Assembly: GCA_951406725.2 (NCBI GenBank)
Contig: OX597815.1
Location: forward strand, 139,252,001 to 139,316,000
Direction of reading: 5' to 3'
Length of the DNA: 64,000 nt
Source of the DNA: Octopus vulgaris
Lineage: Eukaryota
How positions within the stretch are numbered: position 1 is the first letter of the stretch; every line of letters starts with the position of its first letter. This document shows, in pieces, positions 1 through 13,789 of this stretch. The notes beneath the pieces were generated by a model. It worked only from the letters and a program-made list of their open reading frames with translations. It was not told the DNA's origin and made no database searches. The position numbers were made by a program, and so were the translations under genes.

Positions 1-249
1 CAGTGAAACAGCAATACATATTAATATCTTATGTTATATGTCACTAAATAACTGCGAACTGGTGAGGCATTGTCCATCATCATTTTGTATTATGTTTGTT
101 GTAATTCTGATTTTGCAATTCTGTTCAAATACAGAGTAAATTATTGAATTATTTCTGGGTGTAGTAATTAGGAAACAGAATCTAATCAATACTTCTGTTT
201 AGACAACAAAATTATTGGCATACATATGCGTGTGTGTGATGTTTGTATA

Positions 250-275
250 TGTAAATCCATATGTATGTATGTATG

Positions 276-315
<40 letters not shown>

Positions 316-352
316 CACACACACACGCGCGTGCACACACACACACACGTAC

Positions 353-393
<41 letters not shown>

Positions 394-395
394 TA
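250..395. repeat. Compound microsatellite (TATG/TA/CA)
   Basis: Directly visible dinucleotide and tetranucleotide runs; these produce the YIYI/VCVC ORFs. Confidence 0.95.
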
Positions 396-811
396 TATAT
401 CCATTTATTTATAGTCCCCGCCTTCTCAAAGTCCATTGTCATGTAAGCTTTAGACTTTTATGGAAAAAAATAATTGGATTTTAAATAAATTAATGTCTAC
501 AAAAATATATTTATAACATTCTCAAAATTAATGAAATTCCTGAGCCAGGCAACTAGGAGAAGTCTGAAGATATAAAAGGAAGCTTATAGTATAGTTATAT
601 GGGAAACTAAATTAGTACCTACATATGTTTGTGTATGTATATGTGTGTATATATGCATGAATGTATGTATGTGTGTATGTATTTATTTGTATATCTATCT
701 ATACTAGAGTAAGCACATAAATGTGAAACAAGGTGGGGAAAATAGTACTCGAATACTGGAGGCAGGGTAATATGCTTTATTGTTAAAGCTGCAAAGACAT
801 CGCAAAAATGT

Positions 812-1580
812 CACCAAAGACATAGGGTCTTCCGGCAGCCACCCTCTTGCTAGGAAGCAGCACTGCCTCCTCCAGGTACTTGATGTAGGCCTCCGTGTTG
901 AGTCTGAGGCCATGTGGGAAGATGAATGGAAGTATAACGTCGTCATCACTAGTGATCACTCCAAACACCATGATGTTCACTGGATGTTTGATTTTTATCA
1001 CTATCGGTACATGTTTTGCGGACACTGCTGGCCAACGGTTGTTCTGTGTGTTCACCATCTGGTCTTGGGAGAACCAAAGCATGTTCAGTTGGAGGGTAAG
1101 CTTAACTTTGTTCAAAAGTTTCTTAGCACGGTCTTTCCTCTTGCCTTTGATGGCTTGGGATAAAACTTGGCCATGTCTCACCTCGTATGATAGGAAACAG
1201 ACACTTCTATGTTCCTGGCGATGGACCTGATTGACTTGGAGGGACTGTTGTCAATCATAGCCTGGATCTCACCAAAATATTCAGGAGTTCTTTGGTTACT
1301 AGAACGATCACAGTGAGTTTTCCGAGCTGTCGTACCATCGTAATCACAACTCGATTCATCCAACTCTTTCCAAATCCTCTGCACTCTCCTCGGATTGACT
1401 CCCAAATACTCTGAAATGCTCGTACTGGAGCTTCCGCCGCGAATGCCAAGTAGTACAGCATGTCGTTTCCAAGTTTCTGACAAAGTGCATTATGGTGCTG
1501 TTGTTTCTCACAGACGGTACCCAACTGATCCTACTATACTGTGTAGTCGATAAAATCAAAAACAAACAAATCGCATGCAC
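812..1580 (-). mobile_element. Decayed Tc1/mariner (maT/DD37D-like) transposase relic, truncated
   Basis: ORF 1178-1483 is an HTH-like N-terminus (EYLGVNPRRVQRIWK...PSKSIRSIAR). ORF 783-1181 resembles the catalytic region (NTQNNRW...KHPVNIMVFGVITSD...PFIFPHGLRLN...VAAGRPYV). Frameshifted; C-terminus missing. Confidence 0.85.
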
Positions 1581-1843
1581 GTACATGTGTGTATATATAT
1601 ATATGTATATATATATATTTATATATATTTATATATATATATATACATATATATATATGTATGTATATACATATAAAATACTTGAGCGTTATAGTAGAGT
1701 ACCACATTTATTAATTTAACATGAAAAGGTTGAATAACTTCGAAATTTTCACCTTACTAGACTTCATTCGACTGTCTGACAACGGCTAGTGCAATGGTAC
1801 TTCGGAGTTACTGTCATCCCTCTCCTTCATGTGCATGTATGTG

Positions 1844-1897
<54 letters not shown>

Positions 1898-3194
1898 GAA
1901 GTAATATAAGTCGTTTTGTGCTTGGTAAATCGATATATTAATAATTTAACAGGAAACTTAATGTACAGAATGTACAGACGTGAATATAAATCTTGACTAG
2001 CGAGCAGGCAGACTGTCAGACTGGGATAGATAGAAAAATAATTATATCGAAAGATATATAGATTATCACTGATAGTAAATGTATATAAGCACTCTCTTCT
2101 CCTCTGAACTGTTAGTCTATACGCATATTGTTCACAGCGAAATGATATGTTTCCTGAAAATTGCTGCTCTTCTCCTCTCCATTGGTTTTTATATCATTGT
2201 GTATTCATAACGGCGGTCATTCACTTGTTTTCTTTTTATTCGCAAGATTATTTCTCAACGGATTTATCGATTTGAAGATAAACAATCGAAATCTTTTGTA
2301 TTCATATTGCCTCTAAAAGTTTCTTTCTGTTTTTTTTTTATATACTGTTTTATAGCATTTTTTTTTATATAGGAAAAACGATGAAAGAATTCTGCAGATA
2401 ATTCCTATACTGAAGGAAAAATTCTGACATAAACAATCTTCTAAAATAATCAACGGAACAAAATTGGCCAAATTTCCGAGTTGCTCTTGATTTTGGATTT
2501 TGTTTTTTTTTGGGGGGGGGTTTATATATATATTTTTTATCAATTATTTATTATTCTTTTACTGATATAGTTTCTACATTCATAAATATCCACTCTTTTG
2601 CAATCATGTGTACATTTCAAATACTTCTTTAAAAATATATATTCGATAATACAGTTCTTAACCACTGTCGTATCATAGTTTGGAAAGAAATCGTTACACT
2701 TGTTGGAGATTATCATTGAAATTAGAGAAGATTGGTATTGGTCTCAAAAACAAGAGTTTATTCACTAAAATAATAAACAGGAAGCTAGTGTGTCGTGTCA
2801 AGTTTAGAAAAGAACAATGAAAGTTTCGATCAGAAATAACCACTAAAGTAATATAACGTGGTTTCATTGATATTTTGCGTACACATATTTAAATGCATTT
2901 CATTCAAATGATTCTCAGTTCGAATCATCCAAACATCTGTTAATAACGTGGCCCCGGCGTAATATCTGCTTCATATGGTGTTTTTATTTACACTATTTCT
3001 CATTTAGGAATATTTCTCCCTCTCTCTCTTTCTCTCTCTCGTGACATAATTACTTTTATTTTTGCAGGCGTACATTTTGAAGATTGCACTACATACAATC
3101 GACGTATAACGACACTTACAATTTAATAGTTCTTCATACTCAGTACACATTTTCACTACAAATTCAGCACAAAACACTATATAACACAACACGA

Positions 3195-3275
3195 CACGCA
3201 CACACGTACACACGCACACATACACACGCACACATACACACACACACCGACACACACCGACACACACACACACAC

Positions 3276-3360
<85 letters not shown>

Positions 3361-3395
3361 AGTGTGTATGTGTCAGTGTGTGTGTGTCGGTGTGA

Positions 3396-3480
<85 letters not shown>

Positions 3481-3504
3481 TATATATATATATATATATA
3501 TATA
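3195..3504. repeat. Compound microsatellite (CA/TA/TG)
   Basis: Directly visible. Confidence 0.95.
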
Positions 3505-3842
3505 TCAATTCGTTTTGCAAGATTCTTGATGTGAAATCGTGTTTTGAAACAGATATTGTTGTATTTCGAGATGGTCATTTTTTTTCTTTTTTGTGTGTGT
3601 TTATTTGTCAAAAAAGAAAAGAAAATGACCATCCAGAAATACAACAACATATATTTACATATCTATAACACACATATTATAAAGCTGGGCCTACTATGTA
3701 TGGCGGCAATGTTCCCCTCAATATTACACACCAGTGTAGTAAGCAGTGTCACAACCATCTGCTGTACATTGGACGACTTTAACATTTACGAAATATTAAA
3801 ATCTGGAACCGAGGAGGTACATAGAAAATACAGTTAGATCTA

Positions 3843-4729
3843 CAGTGTTCGAGATAAATTTGGCGGTTTGCATAATAGGAAACGAAATCACAGTATCCCA
3901 TCCAAAAATTAAAATACTTTAAAAAATGAAAATTATCAAGTAGGCTATGGCTTGCAGATAGTAGTTTATTCAATGTAGCCACCTTAATATTTTACTAAGT
4001 CCTCAAGTTGGCTCCAGAAGCTGGCGCTTGCGTTTATCACTATGCACCTGGCAAGATCTTCGAACTCCTCCTTAATTTTAATGATCAGCCAAGCCCTAGT
4101 TTGCAAGTAGAGTGGTTGGTGTCATTTTCAACCGCGCCTCGCACATCCACACAAAGTAATCCATGAGATTACAATCAGGGGAACCAGGAAGCCCGAAATT
4201 TATGCTGGTGAAGTCATAGAAATGCTCTGATAACCACTTTTGACTCTTTCCGGGTTATGGCATGGAGCCGAACTCTGCTGCCACACATAGGGCCTTCCAG
4301 CAGCGACCCTCACCAGTTACAGTCTCGAGCAGTTTCACATAGTCACCTGAAGTAAGCCGAAGGCCCAGTGCAATTTTGTGGGGATGAATCTCGGCGTGCG
4401 AGGGCTCTCAGAATACCTGCAGTGTCTCTTTCTGCTGATCTCGGTTTTATGGTTTCTGTTCCAGTTGTCCATGTCACGCCTTTACATTGTTTACAGAGCA
4501 TTAAGCAGCAGTGATGAAGTTGGCAAGTGGATACCCGGGGCGAACTATCATGATACAGGTAACTCTTTTCCAATATAGAGATGGCTTCTGATCCTCCATG
4601 TCAGATAAATTTTCTCAACGACAACTTAAATATTTATGCTCTCTAACACCGTTCACTTTTAACCAATGCGTCAATCTGTTCCTGAACAAATGCGATATAA
4701 AAATCGTGAAGTTCATCCCGAATATCCTT
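3843..4729 (-). mobile_element. Internally deleted Tc1/mariner (DD37D-like) element with both TIRs
   Basis: Degenerate TIRs: TA|CAGTGTTCGAGATAAATTTGGCGGTTT (3841) and AAAATCGTGAAGTTCATCCCGAATATCCTT|TA (to 4731). Minus-strand translation gives GLRLTSGDYVKLLETV..RVAAGRPYVWQQSSAPCH..PGSPDCNLMDYFVW..GGYIE*. Confidence 0.85.
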
Positions 4730-4817
4730 TAGCTGTTAAAATAGCTGGAAAAAAGAGTAGGGATGAAGCAGAGAATATAACAACCGTTATAATATTGAGG
4801 AATCTCGAATAATTTTC

Positions 4818-4880
4818 AAGGCAGTACTCCACCATGGCTGCGGTAAAATGACTGAAACAAGTAAAAGAATAAAAGAATAA
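4818..4880 (+). mobile_element. SINE 3' tail fragment
   Basis: GGCAGTACTCCACCATGGCTGCGG..ATGACTGAAACAAGTAAAAGAATAAAAGAAT matches the tails of the SINE copies at 21.1 kb and 46.9 kb. Confidence 0.75.
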
Positions 4881-5099
4881 TGACAATTCAGAGAAACATA
4901 AATTTTAGTTGTAAGAAAACCTATTGTGACAGAGAGGAAACGTAAAAATAAAAGACAGTTAACAAGTTTTATGTGAATTAAGTATATGAGACGAAGAAGA
5001 GAGATTAATTAGGAAGGAATCAGAAAGTATCAAGAAGAGTTAACGAGAAAAAAACCTTTAAGGGAAAATGTAAAACGGATTTTTTTTGTCGGCATGAAC

Positions 5100-6150
5100 G
5101 ATTAAGGATAGAAGTTGATAATAACAGTGATTCTGATTACCAACGTTGAAGGGCAGTAATTGTTATATAAATATTAGGAAACATTAGAGGCTGAGGTTTT
5201 CTAGAAAAGAAGTCTGGAAGGACAAATAAAAAGATTAATGAAATTTAAAGAAGATTGTTCAAAAGAGAAAATATCAAAATATTCTACATAGAAAAACTTT
5301 AACGAGTCTCAAGATCACAAATTGGAAGGAATGAACAATGATAGATATCTACAGGAGGAAAAATGACATATTTCATTTCAGAAAGAAACAGGAATGTTAT
5401 TCCATTAAAAAGCGCTTTTCGAATACTGGCTCCATTGGGATTTGCGTTCAAAAGAAATTCCTCTGTGACTGTATTTGTAAGAAGACCTGTACATGATGAT
5501 GAAGTTACGAGCATGATTTTGTGTGTGTGTGAGAGAGATACTGGATTTGAGCCTGAGACACAGTAGAAGTATCGAACAAAAGTAGAAGACGGATCTCTTG
5601 GGTTTGCATATGTGTATTGTATACTTGGCTAGTGTAAAAGCGTTTTAAAGATTCTATAGCAGTAAAAGACAGAAATAACACAGCAATTTATTGTGAAGGT
5701 TGTTTTCAGTAATGGACATCCAGTGAGTAGGATAGACTTGAGATGTCTGGGATATGTACGAATGGCTACAATATGTTAAATATTTCTTCGAGTGAAAGAC
5801 AGTGTCTCTTAGAGCTGTGAGAATTGTGAGAAATCTCAGATGCACCAGATGTAAAGGGATATTTGTCTGTGAGAACCTCAACATTAAGGTAAGGCTCTGT
5901 GGAATAAATAAAAGTTGGTTGGTGTCTTCATTGCATAATGGAGGAGAATGGAGTGGTTGGAATAGAATCTCTAGTGTGTTCATAGAAAGAAGATAGTTAA
6001 TTTTAAGGAAATGGAAGATGGAAACAAAAGACTCGTTTAGTGAGAACAGTCGCTGTGTACCACCTGTCACTATCTTTGATTTAGGGTAGCCTAAGTAATA
6101 CGACAAGAACTGTTTGTCTGAAGTCAAAAGAGACGTAAATATGTGGAGGG
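5100..6150 (-). mobile_element. Heavily decayed L2/CR1-type LINE (RT C-terminal part)
   Basis: Fragmentary minus-strand motifs (LHYA..DT, ITENNLHNK, AQIQ, CRY/YHCS, FQTSF) occur in the order expected for YADDT...LGVTIT..W...AQIRP...FYRYYHG...SFFPRT. Many indels. Confidence 0.5.
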
Positions 6151-7776
6151 GTGGTGCTCAGAAACATTATAAATATATCATAAAATGAAAAACAAATTTA
6201 TGACCAATTTAACCAAGGTTATCCAATTATCCTGTGGCAAACGTCTTTGTTCAAAGTTTTTTGCGATTTCCTGGAGATCAGTGGATGTAATCAGTTTCCC
6301 TTGGTTATTCTGATTGACTTATGACACACTGCTAAGTGATATACGTACTGATTTGAAATGTGTGTAGCCGTATGCTACTCTTTATGCATACGAACATTTA
6401 AATAATACATGTGCAAATGCCACGACGTATGCGACAACGGTGATAGGCATTTCTTTTTAGGCAGGATGAATTGTATAAGAGCATTGTCAACAACATTCTG
6501 AATAAGAACCTTTTATCTTCAAGATTACCAAATTTACAGGACCGTCAAATTTGTTATATGCTAAATGTGCAAAGTCCAGAAATCAAGAAATATATTTGAT
6601 TGAAATATTACACAGAGGAAAGCTTAATATGATTACATATTGGTGAATTATTTAAACGCAATATTAAAGCTTCGGAAGAATATGAACTGCAGTGTTCGTA
6701 TACGATTTCACAATTTTTCCCCAAGTGGCTTCTTTCATATGAATGAAATAAGTGTTGTTGGTGGTAATGTTATACATAATACATTTGTGGCACTTGTTTT
6801 GAATGATATGAAGTGAAAAGGTCTAAAGACCACATGAAACTATCTTCATTTATATAATATTTTCAATGGAAAGAAAATTGATATTCTGTTAGTGAACATA
6901 TGATCTTGAAGGTGACATAGGTTTTGAAATGAAAAATAGATTAATATTGTGAGAAGGAAGTTACAATTATCTGGTTTAAGTGAGAAAGAGAATGAAGAAT
7001 AGTGCTTCTTGGTTGGTAAACTTGGCTATAAGCTTCTAACACAGTCGTGGCTTTGTAATTATCCACACGAAACATCTAGATCTACGATAGTGTATATGAG
7101 AGGTGAATTAGCAGCGAACTGGTTCTGCAACTTGGTTTACATTATGACATGGAGCTACTCTAGTTCACTTACATCTACAACTCTTGTCAGAAATGTTATT
7201 TCTCTTCTGTAAATCTAAGGTTTTAATCCTACTGCACGAATCAATAAATAGAAATTACTGATGTATGATAGCAATATTTCACTTTCAAAAATAACGATGA
7301 CACATCTGTAAAATGATCGATGAAATATTGCCTGCAGTTGATTAATTTCCTAAATGATTCTAATGTTCTGGAACAAAGCCTCGGTTTATAATTCAGAACA
7401 AGTAATGGTTGTCTAATTTAGTTGCTTTCATAAAGGCATTAACAAACATTATTTCAATGTGTATGTGTATGTTTTTTGGTGTTTGTATGTGCATATAATT
7501 ACACTACACGCACTTATTATTATATATGTGTAGATTTTTTAATATGTTTATATATATATATTATATTTATATATATAATATAAATTTATATAATATATGT
7601 ATATATATTTACATATATTATATATAATAATTATATATTAAATATATTATTTATATATACATATATATATGACATAAAAATTTATATCATGAATAAATAA
7701 TTATATTCAATATGTAGCTAAGTATTTATATACGAATGTTTATATATATGAATAGATTTATACATAAATACATGCA

Positions 7777-7826
<50 letters not shown>

Positions 7827-8487
7827 ATGAATGAACACGCGCACACACATGCATACACACACATATACGTATATATATGCGAATATTATTTTATATGCTT
7901 AAGATATATATATATATATATATAATGATAGGGAAATATTTCTTTCAAGTTATATGATCAATAAAGAATATTGTCTATATCTTATCGAAAGAATCTAATT
8001 GATAATTCACCGACGTCGTTTCTTTCATCTTTATAGAACTCTTTAACTGTATATTGCAATATCGATCGTGATGGGTAATGACAGGATGACGTCACACAAA
8101 GAAGTACATGCAGAATCACTCTTGAACAGTTCCTTTTGGGAAATGTTCATGTATAAGATGTATACATAAATTACTTATATAATCTATATGACAGATTCAG
8201 GTTTAAGTACTACATCTATGTATAAGGACAAATTAATATTTTCCAAAAAATCTCTTGATGAAAACGAGTTTAGAGTATGTTAACCTCTGATGTTTCCTTT
8301 TGTAGTATAACTTTATAAAAAGTGCACATTACCTGGTAGAAAAAAAAGAGAATATATATTCTTAATCTGTTAAAACGAGTTTCGTATTACATCTTCAACG
8401 CAATATTGGCACCTTGATGATTTCATATAAATGCATATGTTGTCGAAGTTAGAATTGTTAATTAGATTTGCCAACTAGGTATGCATA

Positions 8488-9568
8488 CAGGGTCTTGCAG
8501 ATAAATTGAGACCAATTTTAAGCAGTTAACTTAGTGGGTTTAACATTTCATTCTTTTATAAAACCTCGCTTGCTTGAGAATCCAAATTGTCCTCTTTATT
8601 TTCAGTTAAATATCGAACTGATTCGATAACAGAATCGTCCGCCATTGCTATTTTGGCGCGCGCTGAGCACAATGCCAATATAATTGTTAAGTTGACGAAA
8701 TTTCCAAAAGCAACGATTTATCGCGTATATAAATAATTTAAAGAAGAGGGAAAGATTAATATAAAAGAACACAAGACTCGAAGTGATTCCAAGCGCAATC
8801 CAAAGTTTTTCGCTTACCTCAAACGCTCGATTGAAGCCAACCCATACACATTCACGACAACCCTTGCAAAGAAATGCAATGTGTCCCTTTCCATGGTATC
8901 CACAACTGTGAACAAGAACCTTGACATGACTAGCTATGTTTGACGACACCGTCACTGCCTAACAGCCAAAGCCAAGAGATACCCAAAGAGAGCCAAGAGA
9001 TACCCAAAGATTCTGTCATTCACCAAGCATCAGGGTGCAGGAAAAACTACGTGCTTTTAGACGAGAAGCAGTTCATAGTGGATGCTGAAGGGAATCGCAG
9101 AAATTCTCTTGTGATTGCATACAACCCTTCTGACATCCCCCATTGTGTTTGAGACTAAGATTGCTGCCTCTGTGGTGGTATCTGGAACCGTGGTGAGTGA
9201 TGCAAGTGTTATGGATCCACACTTCATTGCGTCTGGCTTGAAGATCGGCACAAATGAGTATCTGGACATCCTGAAGCACGTTGTCATCTTGGATAGAGCA
9301 GAAGTCTGGGCTTGATAATGTAGTGTTTATCCAGGATTCTGCACCATGCAATGGGTCAAAATACCATTTTTTGTGAGCGTTAAAATCTGGCCCAGTAATA
9401 TCCCAGATCTCAACCTTCTCGATTACTTTTTATGGGACGTACTTCAAGCAAGGACCAATACTTCACCACATTCTAGCGTCAACAGTTTGAAGACCTGCAT
9501 CGTGTGTGCGACACGCAAAATCAAAAACGCGGAGATTGTCGCAGCTGCAAAACATTTTCGTTGCCATA
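8488..9568 (+). mobile_element. Decayed Tc1/mariner (maT/DD37D-like) transposon with 5' TIR
   Basis: TA|CAGGGTCTTGCAGATAAATTG terminus. Pseudo-ORF reads AIAILARAEHNANIIVKLTKFPKATIYRV...DEKQFIVDAEGNRRNS...GLKIGTNEYLDIL...FIQDSAPC...WPSNIPDLNLLDYFLW. Contains a 21-bp tandem duplication at ~8970-9010. Confidence 0.9.
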
Positions 9569-9574
9569 TGTCTG

Positions 9575-10420
9575 ATTGGCATTTAGTTGATGACTGCTGG
9601 AGAAACTTGCTTATGGAGGAAATAGCAGAGGTTAACAGATCTAGAGAGTAAAGATAAGGAAACTAGGAAACGTAGTATGTAGGACGGGACACGGAGACTT
9701 GTACTAAATAAAGGAGAATATAGCAGTCAGTGGTATTTTTGTAGAGGTATCATACAACTTGCTATGAGAGCAGAGGAGGTAGTAGCCGTGTAAAAAAGTC
9801 AATTTAGGAGAATAACTGAAATGTACGGGTGAGTGGCTTACTGCCAATCAGTTACGTAACTTTCTTTTGCAGTCATTCTGTAACAGTAATTCAAACCAAT
9901 GCATCGAAGCTTTATTTATTCCTGAGTCTCACTTTATATTTGTACAGAATCGGCAACAGTTAAGAACCAAAGTATTTTCTGGTTCTGAAGGGAAGAGTTT
10001 GTCTATGAAATGTAGTTTTAGCTCTTGTATGCGTGAGTTCGTAGAGAAAATGTTACAAGCGATGTCATCGGTTAATTAATACTTCAGAAATTAGGAGAAT
10101 AGCTTCTACAAGCAAGGTTTAGAATTAAAATATAGTCTAATTCTAAAATGTCTTGTAACTTATATTCGGTCTTGATGTTCTTCTCACTTGGTGTAACTGG
10201 AATTTGCAGGGAAATGTATGCATTGTTCTGCTAGTTAAGAAGTAATTGCTATGTTGAGGGAAACTCTTATAAATAGTGAGAAAGATAATATTGGCAGTGG
10301 CAGTATTACGGTTATAGTGTTTGTGGACGAGTCCATATTAGTGACTGTAATGTGTTTAGTCAGCACGGTAAAAGGTAGAGATGATTATATAGATGTCTTA
10401 ACTAATGAAAATACTTCCTT
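9575..10420 (-). mobile_element. Decayed L2/CR1-type LINE 3' part
   Basis: Minus strand reads FRTRKYFGS*LLPILYKYKVRL (cf. LFRARKYF..QLLILYKAQVRP), FLHGYYLLCS and RSVNLCYFLHKQVSP (cf. RTxxLWNxLPxxVFP). Confidence 0.65.
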
Positions 10421-11017
10421 AACATTTCTTTGTTCACGTAGTTTGGCAAACCATTCTATCTCAACAACATTAAATCAACAAAGAATTCTCTTGATATTTA
10501 CGTGAAAATTTATTCTTACCTCAAGCTAGAACAGCTGTGAAACAAGTCTTAAGAAATGACTTCTGATGATAACAATTATATTTCAAAGATCAGCTACACA
10601 AGGGGAAATATATTTATATGCTTCTCCCGTTAGCTACAATCGATTATATTTTCAAAAGTCTCTGCTAAGCCTCATAGAGAACCAATATCAATTTACTGAA
10701 ACATTTGGGAGCTCTATCTGGTTACCATTTAACTTGCATTGGATCTTATTCAAAATATGTCACGAAATAGGGAAAGCAATTGTTTAGCTGTAATTTCTAA
10801 CGCATTTCAAATTAAAGCCCAAACAGATAAAACCCTAACAAAATTGTACTCTATGACCACAGTTTTACTGCATATTTAGTTTAAACCTGATGGAATCGGT
10901 TAAATAAGACTACTAACACATAAAATGTTTTGAATTGCATATGTAAAGCAATTAGAAACAGAATTTAATAATTGGTTTCAACACATTATTTGTAGTTATA
11001 CGAATTATAAATCCAGT

Positions 11018-11207
11018 GGAGCCTCTAAGTGGTTATCCAATCTGTCAGGTATAACAACAAAATTTTCCTCAACTCACAACATTTTTTCAAAGGTAAGGGC
11101 ACTTTCAATAAAATAGTTTTAGATACACAAAATGACAGGATGGTTAAATCTAATAAAGTCTTTATGAAAAGTCGACCAGATCAGTGATGACCTGAAGCTG
11201 AATACCA
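11018..11207 (+). mobile_element. Ancient SINE-like interspersed repeat relic
   Basis: Diverged similarity to the copies at 32386-32480, 55128-55315 (-) and 57683-57850, which share a GTGGT..TAGAAATAGCAGCCAAAT-like core. Confidence 0.45.
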
Positions 11208-11568
11208 TATGCAACAAACAAAGAAATATCGTAAGAGCAATCACCATCAGATACGAAAAGTGACATATTTTTCAGTAGTTAAAACAAATGTGCGTGTTGC
11301 AGCGTGATTTTGAATTTAATCATATGAGAATCTATTTTACCATTGTTCCTCGTTTCACAGCTACTCAATTAAATATCAATAATATAATAATGTTGCTTTA
11401 ATCTATATTTTCTCACCTTTGTTATTTATACTATGTATACTTTATACTTTATTTATACTTTATTATTTATACCATGCATTCGAGTAAGAACTCGAATATA
11501 TAGTATAAATAATTACAGCATAGAATATATTTTGAAAGGTCTCTTATTCTTATATGCTCCTTTTAAAG

Positions 11569-11607
<39 letters not shown>

Positions 11608-12805
11608 ATATACGCGAGGCAAATAATTATATTTGCGCCCCTATTAAAACACAAAGCTAACAAATGTACAAGAAATTAAATTCAGGACCTGCTAATTCAT
11701 TTTCTAAACTAATTTTTAAAAATTAGTCAGCAAGGTAAAAATGGAAGCCATGTCAAAAGAATTGAGTTCATTAAGTGCACAAAACCAAAATAATTTGTTA
11801 ATTTAGTCCCATTAACAAGAACGGGAATCGAAACTAAATTAAATGTTTTCTAAGATATAGATCAAACTTCAAACGGAAATAAAACTCATCAAGTCAATTT
11901 CTCTGAAACGAGCGTTGGTAGAGTAAAATAATTCACTTTCTATTCAATATCTATCTCTCTTTTTGGCTCTCGCTTTACCACTCTGTCTATCTATCTGTTT
12001 ATATAACTCTCTTCACTCCCATGATACTGTACATGAAAGGCAGACGTAGAAAGTGAGAGAGAGAGATCACAGATGAAAAAAAATAGAGAGAACAGGCGAG
12101 GGAATGAACATAAACTAAAGTCTTTATTACAATATTATTCAATGCTTTGGTGAGACGTTTGTTTGCACACACGCAATTACACACAGAAATATACACCGAT
12201 ATACATAACATTCAATAAATGTTACTATGCTAAGTTTCCTTATATTTCTAAATGCTGTGACTCCAAAACGATACTATTCTACAATTCTGAAAACCAAAAA
12301 ATTCTAGAGCCACTGCTGGTCTACATAGTCAAATATCAGTTCCACATAATTCCATAAAAGGAATTATCCTTATTGTAAAAGACGAATAACGGTGTTGGAG
12401 ATGACGGCAGAAAGCTGCAGCAAGAAAAGAGAATGGAGGAGGAAAAAAAGAGGGAATGAGTCAAAGAAATTTTAAATATACGAAATCGTTTATGCACACA
12501 TACACACACACACACACACACACAGATTCAACGTAATATGACATAATGCATGCCTAAATGAATATATGTATCCTCGGTTGGTTGCGATGGTGAGTATTCC
12601 AATTGTTTGGATTACATACGCGTTGTCTAGTTGTGCAAATGGTTGAGGATTCCATAATCATTTCTACATTCAAAGCAATTATTAGATGCAATGATTGTGT
12701 ATCTATGAATGAAACATTATTTCACAGTGTTTAAATCCAGCATTTGACCATAGCCAGTTCAAAGACTCAATACAGCATCACCAACAACTGACACAACAGC
12801 TGCTG

Positions 12806-12887
12806 TCTTCTTCTTCTTCTTCTTCTTCTTCTTCTTCTTCTTCTTCTTCTTCTTCTTCTTCTTCTTCTTCTTCTTCTTCTTCTTCTT
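12806..12887. repeat. (TTC)n microsatellite
   Basis: Perfect trinucleotide run. Confidence 0.97.
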
Positions 12888-13189
12888 TCAGTCAGGACTC
12901 ATTCCATTAGCCCCAAAGAATAATCTCTAATTTGAGCCTACTCTAAGCTACTAAGAATGCGTGTGACACCTTGAAAATCCACCCACCACACGCGATAGAC
13001 TGGCGGTTGCACGGGCGCGAAAACTACGTTATTATCCTCATTCCGTAAACGGTGGCTTTTAACGGGTGGAGAGAGCTGAACCAGCCTGAAGCACAGAGGA
13101 TTCGCAATCTAGACCAGAGTCTGAAAGTTTACCACACCATAGTGGGTTGCACCACGGTTCCTCTGCTTTATGGCAGAAGTAGGAAGAAA

Positions 13190-13765
13190 GAATGAGAGGA
13201 AGTTGTGGTGAAAGAGTACAGCAGGGATACACACATCCCAGAAAAAATATATAAACTACATGACAAGCTAACGAGAATATTCCACTGGGAGTTATGTAGA
13301 AGCTAGAAATTGACCATACTGATAAATGGAATGAACATGAACCTAGTAAAGAGCTAGAAAGAAAGTAATATAACATGTTGTGAGATTTTAACATTCACAC
13401 TGACGATGTGATAAAAGCTAGAAGGTCTTATTAAGTAGTGGTAGACAAAGAGAATAGAAAAGGCCAGGTAATTTACTTTACAGTCCCAAATGATGAGAAA
13501 GCCAATTTGAGAGGTATAGAGAAAACAGAAAAGTACCAGGAACTAGACATTGAGTTACAGTGGCTGTGGAAAGTGCAGGTAAACTGTATACTTGTAGCTA
13601 CAGGTACACTAGGAACTATTCCTAAAGACCTGAACAGATAGATAAAGAGAATAGGCGTAAAACCCAGTTTAGTGCAGCTCCAGAAAAGATTGTTGTTATG
13701 GATAGCTAAGATACTTAGGAAGGTTCTTGGCTTCTAAAGTTACTTGCAGCTCGATGTTGGAAATT
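13190..13765 (+). mobile_element. R4/Dong-clade LINE 3' relic (restriction-like endonuclease domain)
   Basis: HDKLTRIFHWELC..KWNEHEP..DFNIHTDDVIKARR..VVDKENRK..EKTEKYQELDIELQWLWK..GTLGTIPK..ILRKVL* follows the typical RHD, PD..D and EKxxKY motif order. Confidence 0.88.
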
Positions 13766-13789
13766 TTTATTTTATAACAGTTTCATGTG

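Noticed and set aside
1735-1780. Hammerhead relic on the minus strand
   Set aside because: The core and stem I are too degraded to support.
7940-8480. Penelope GIY-YIG 3' relic
   Set aside because: Only faint similarity by eye; it needs a profile search.
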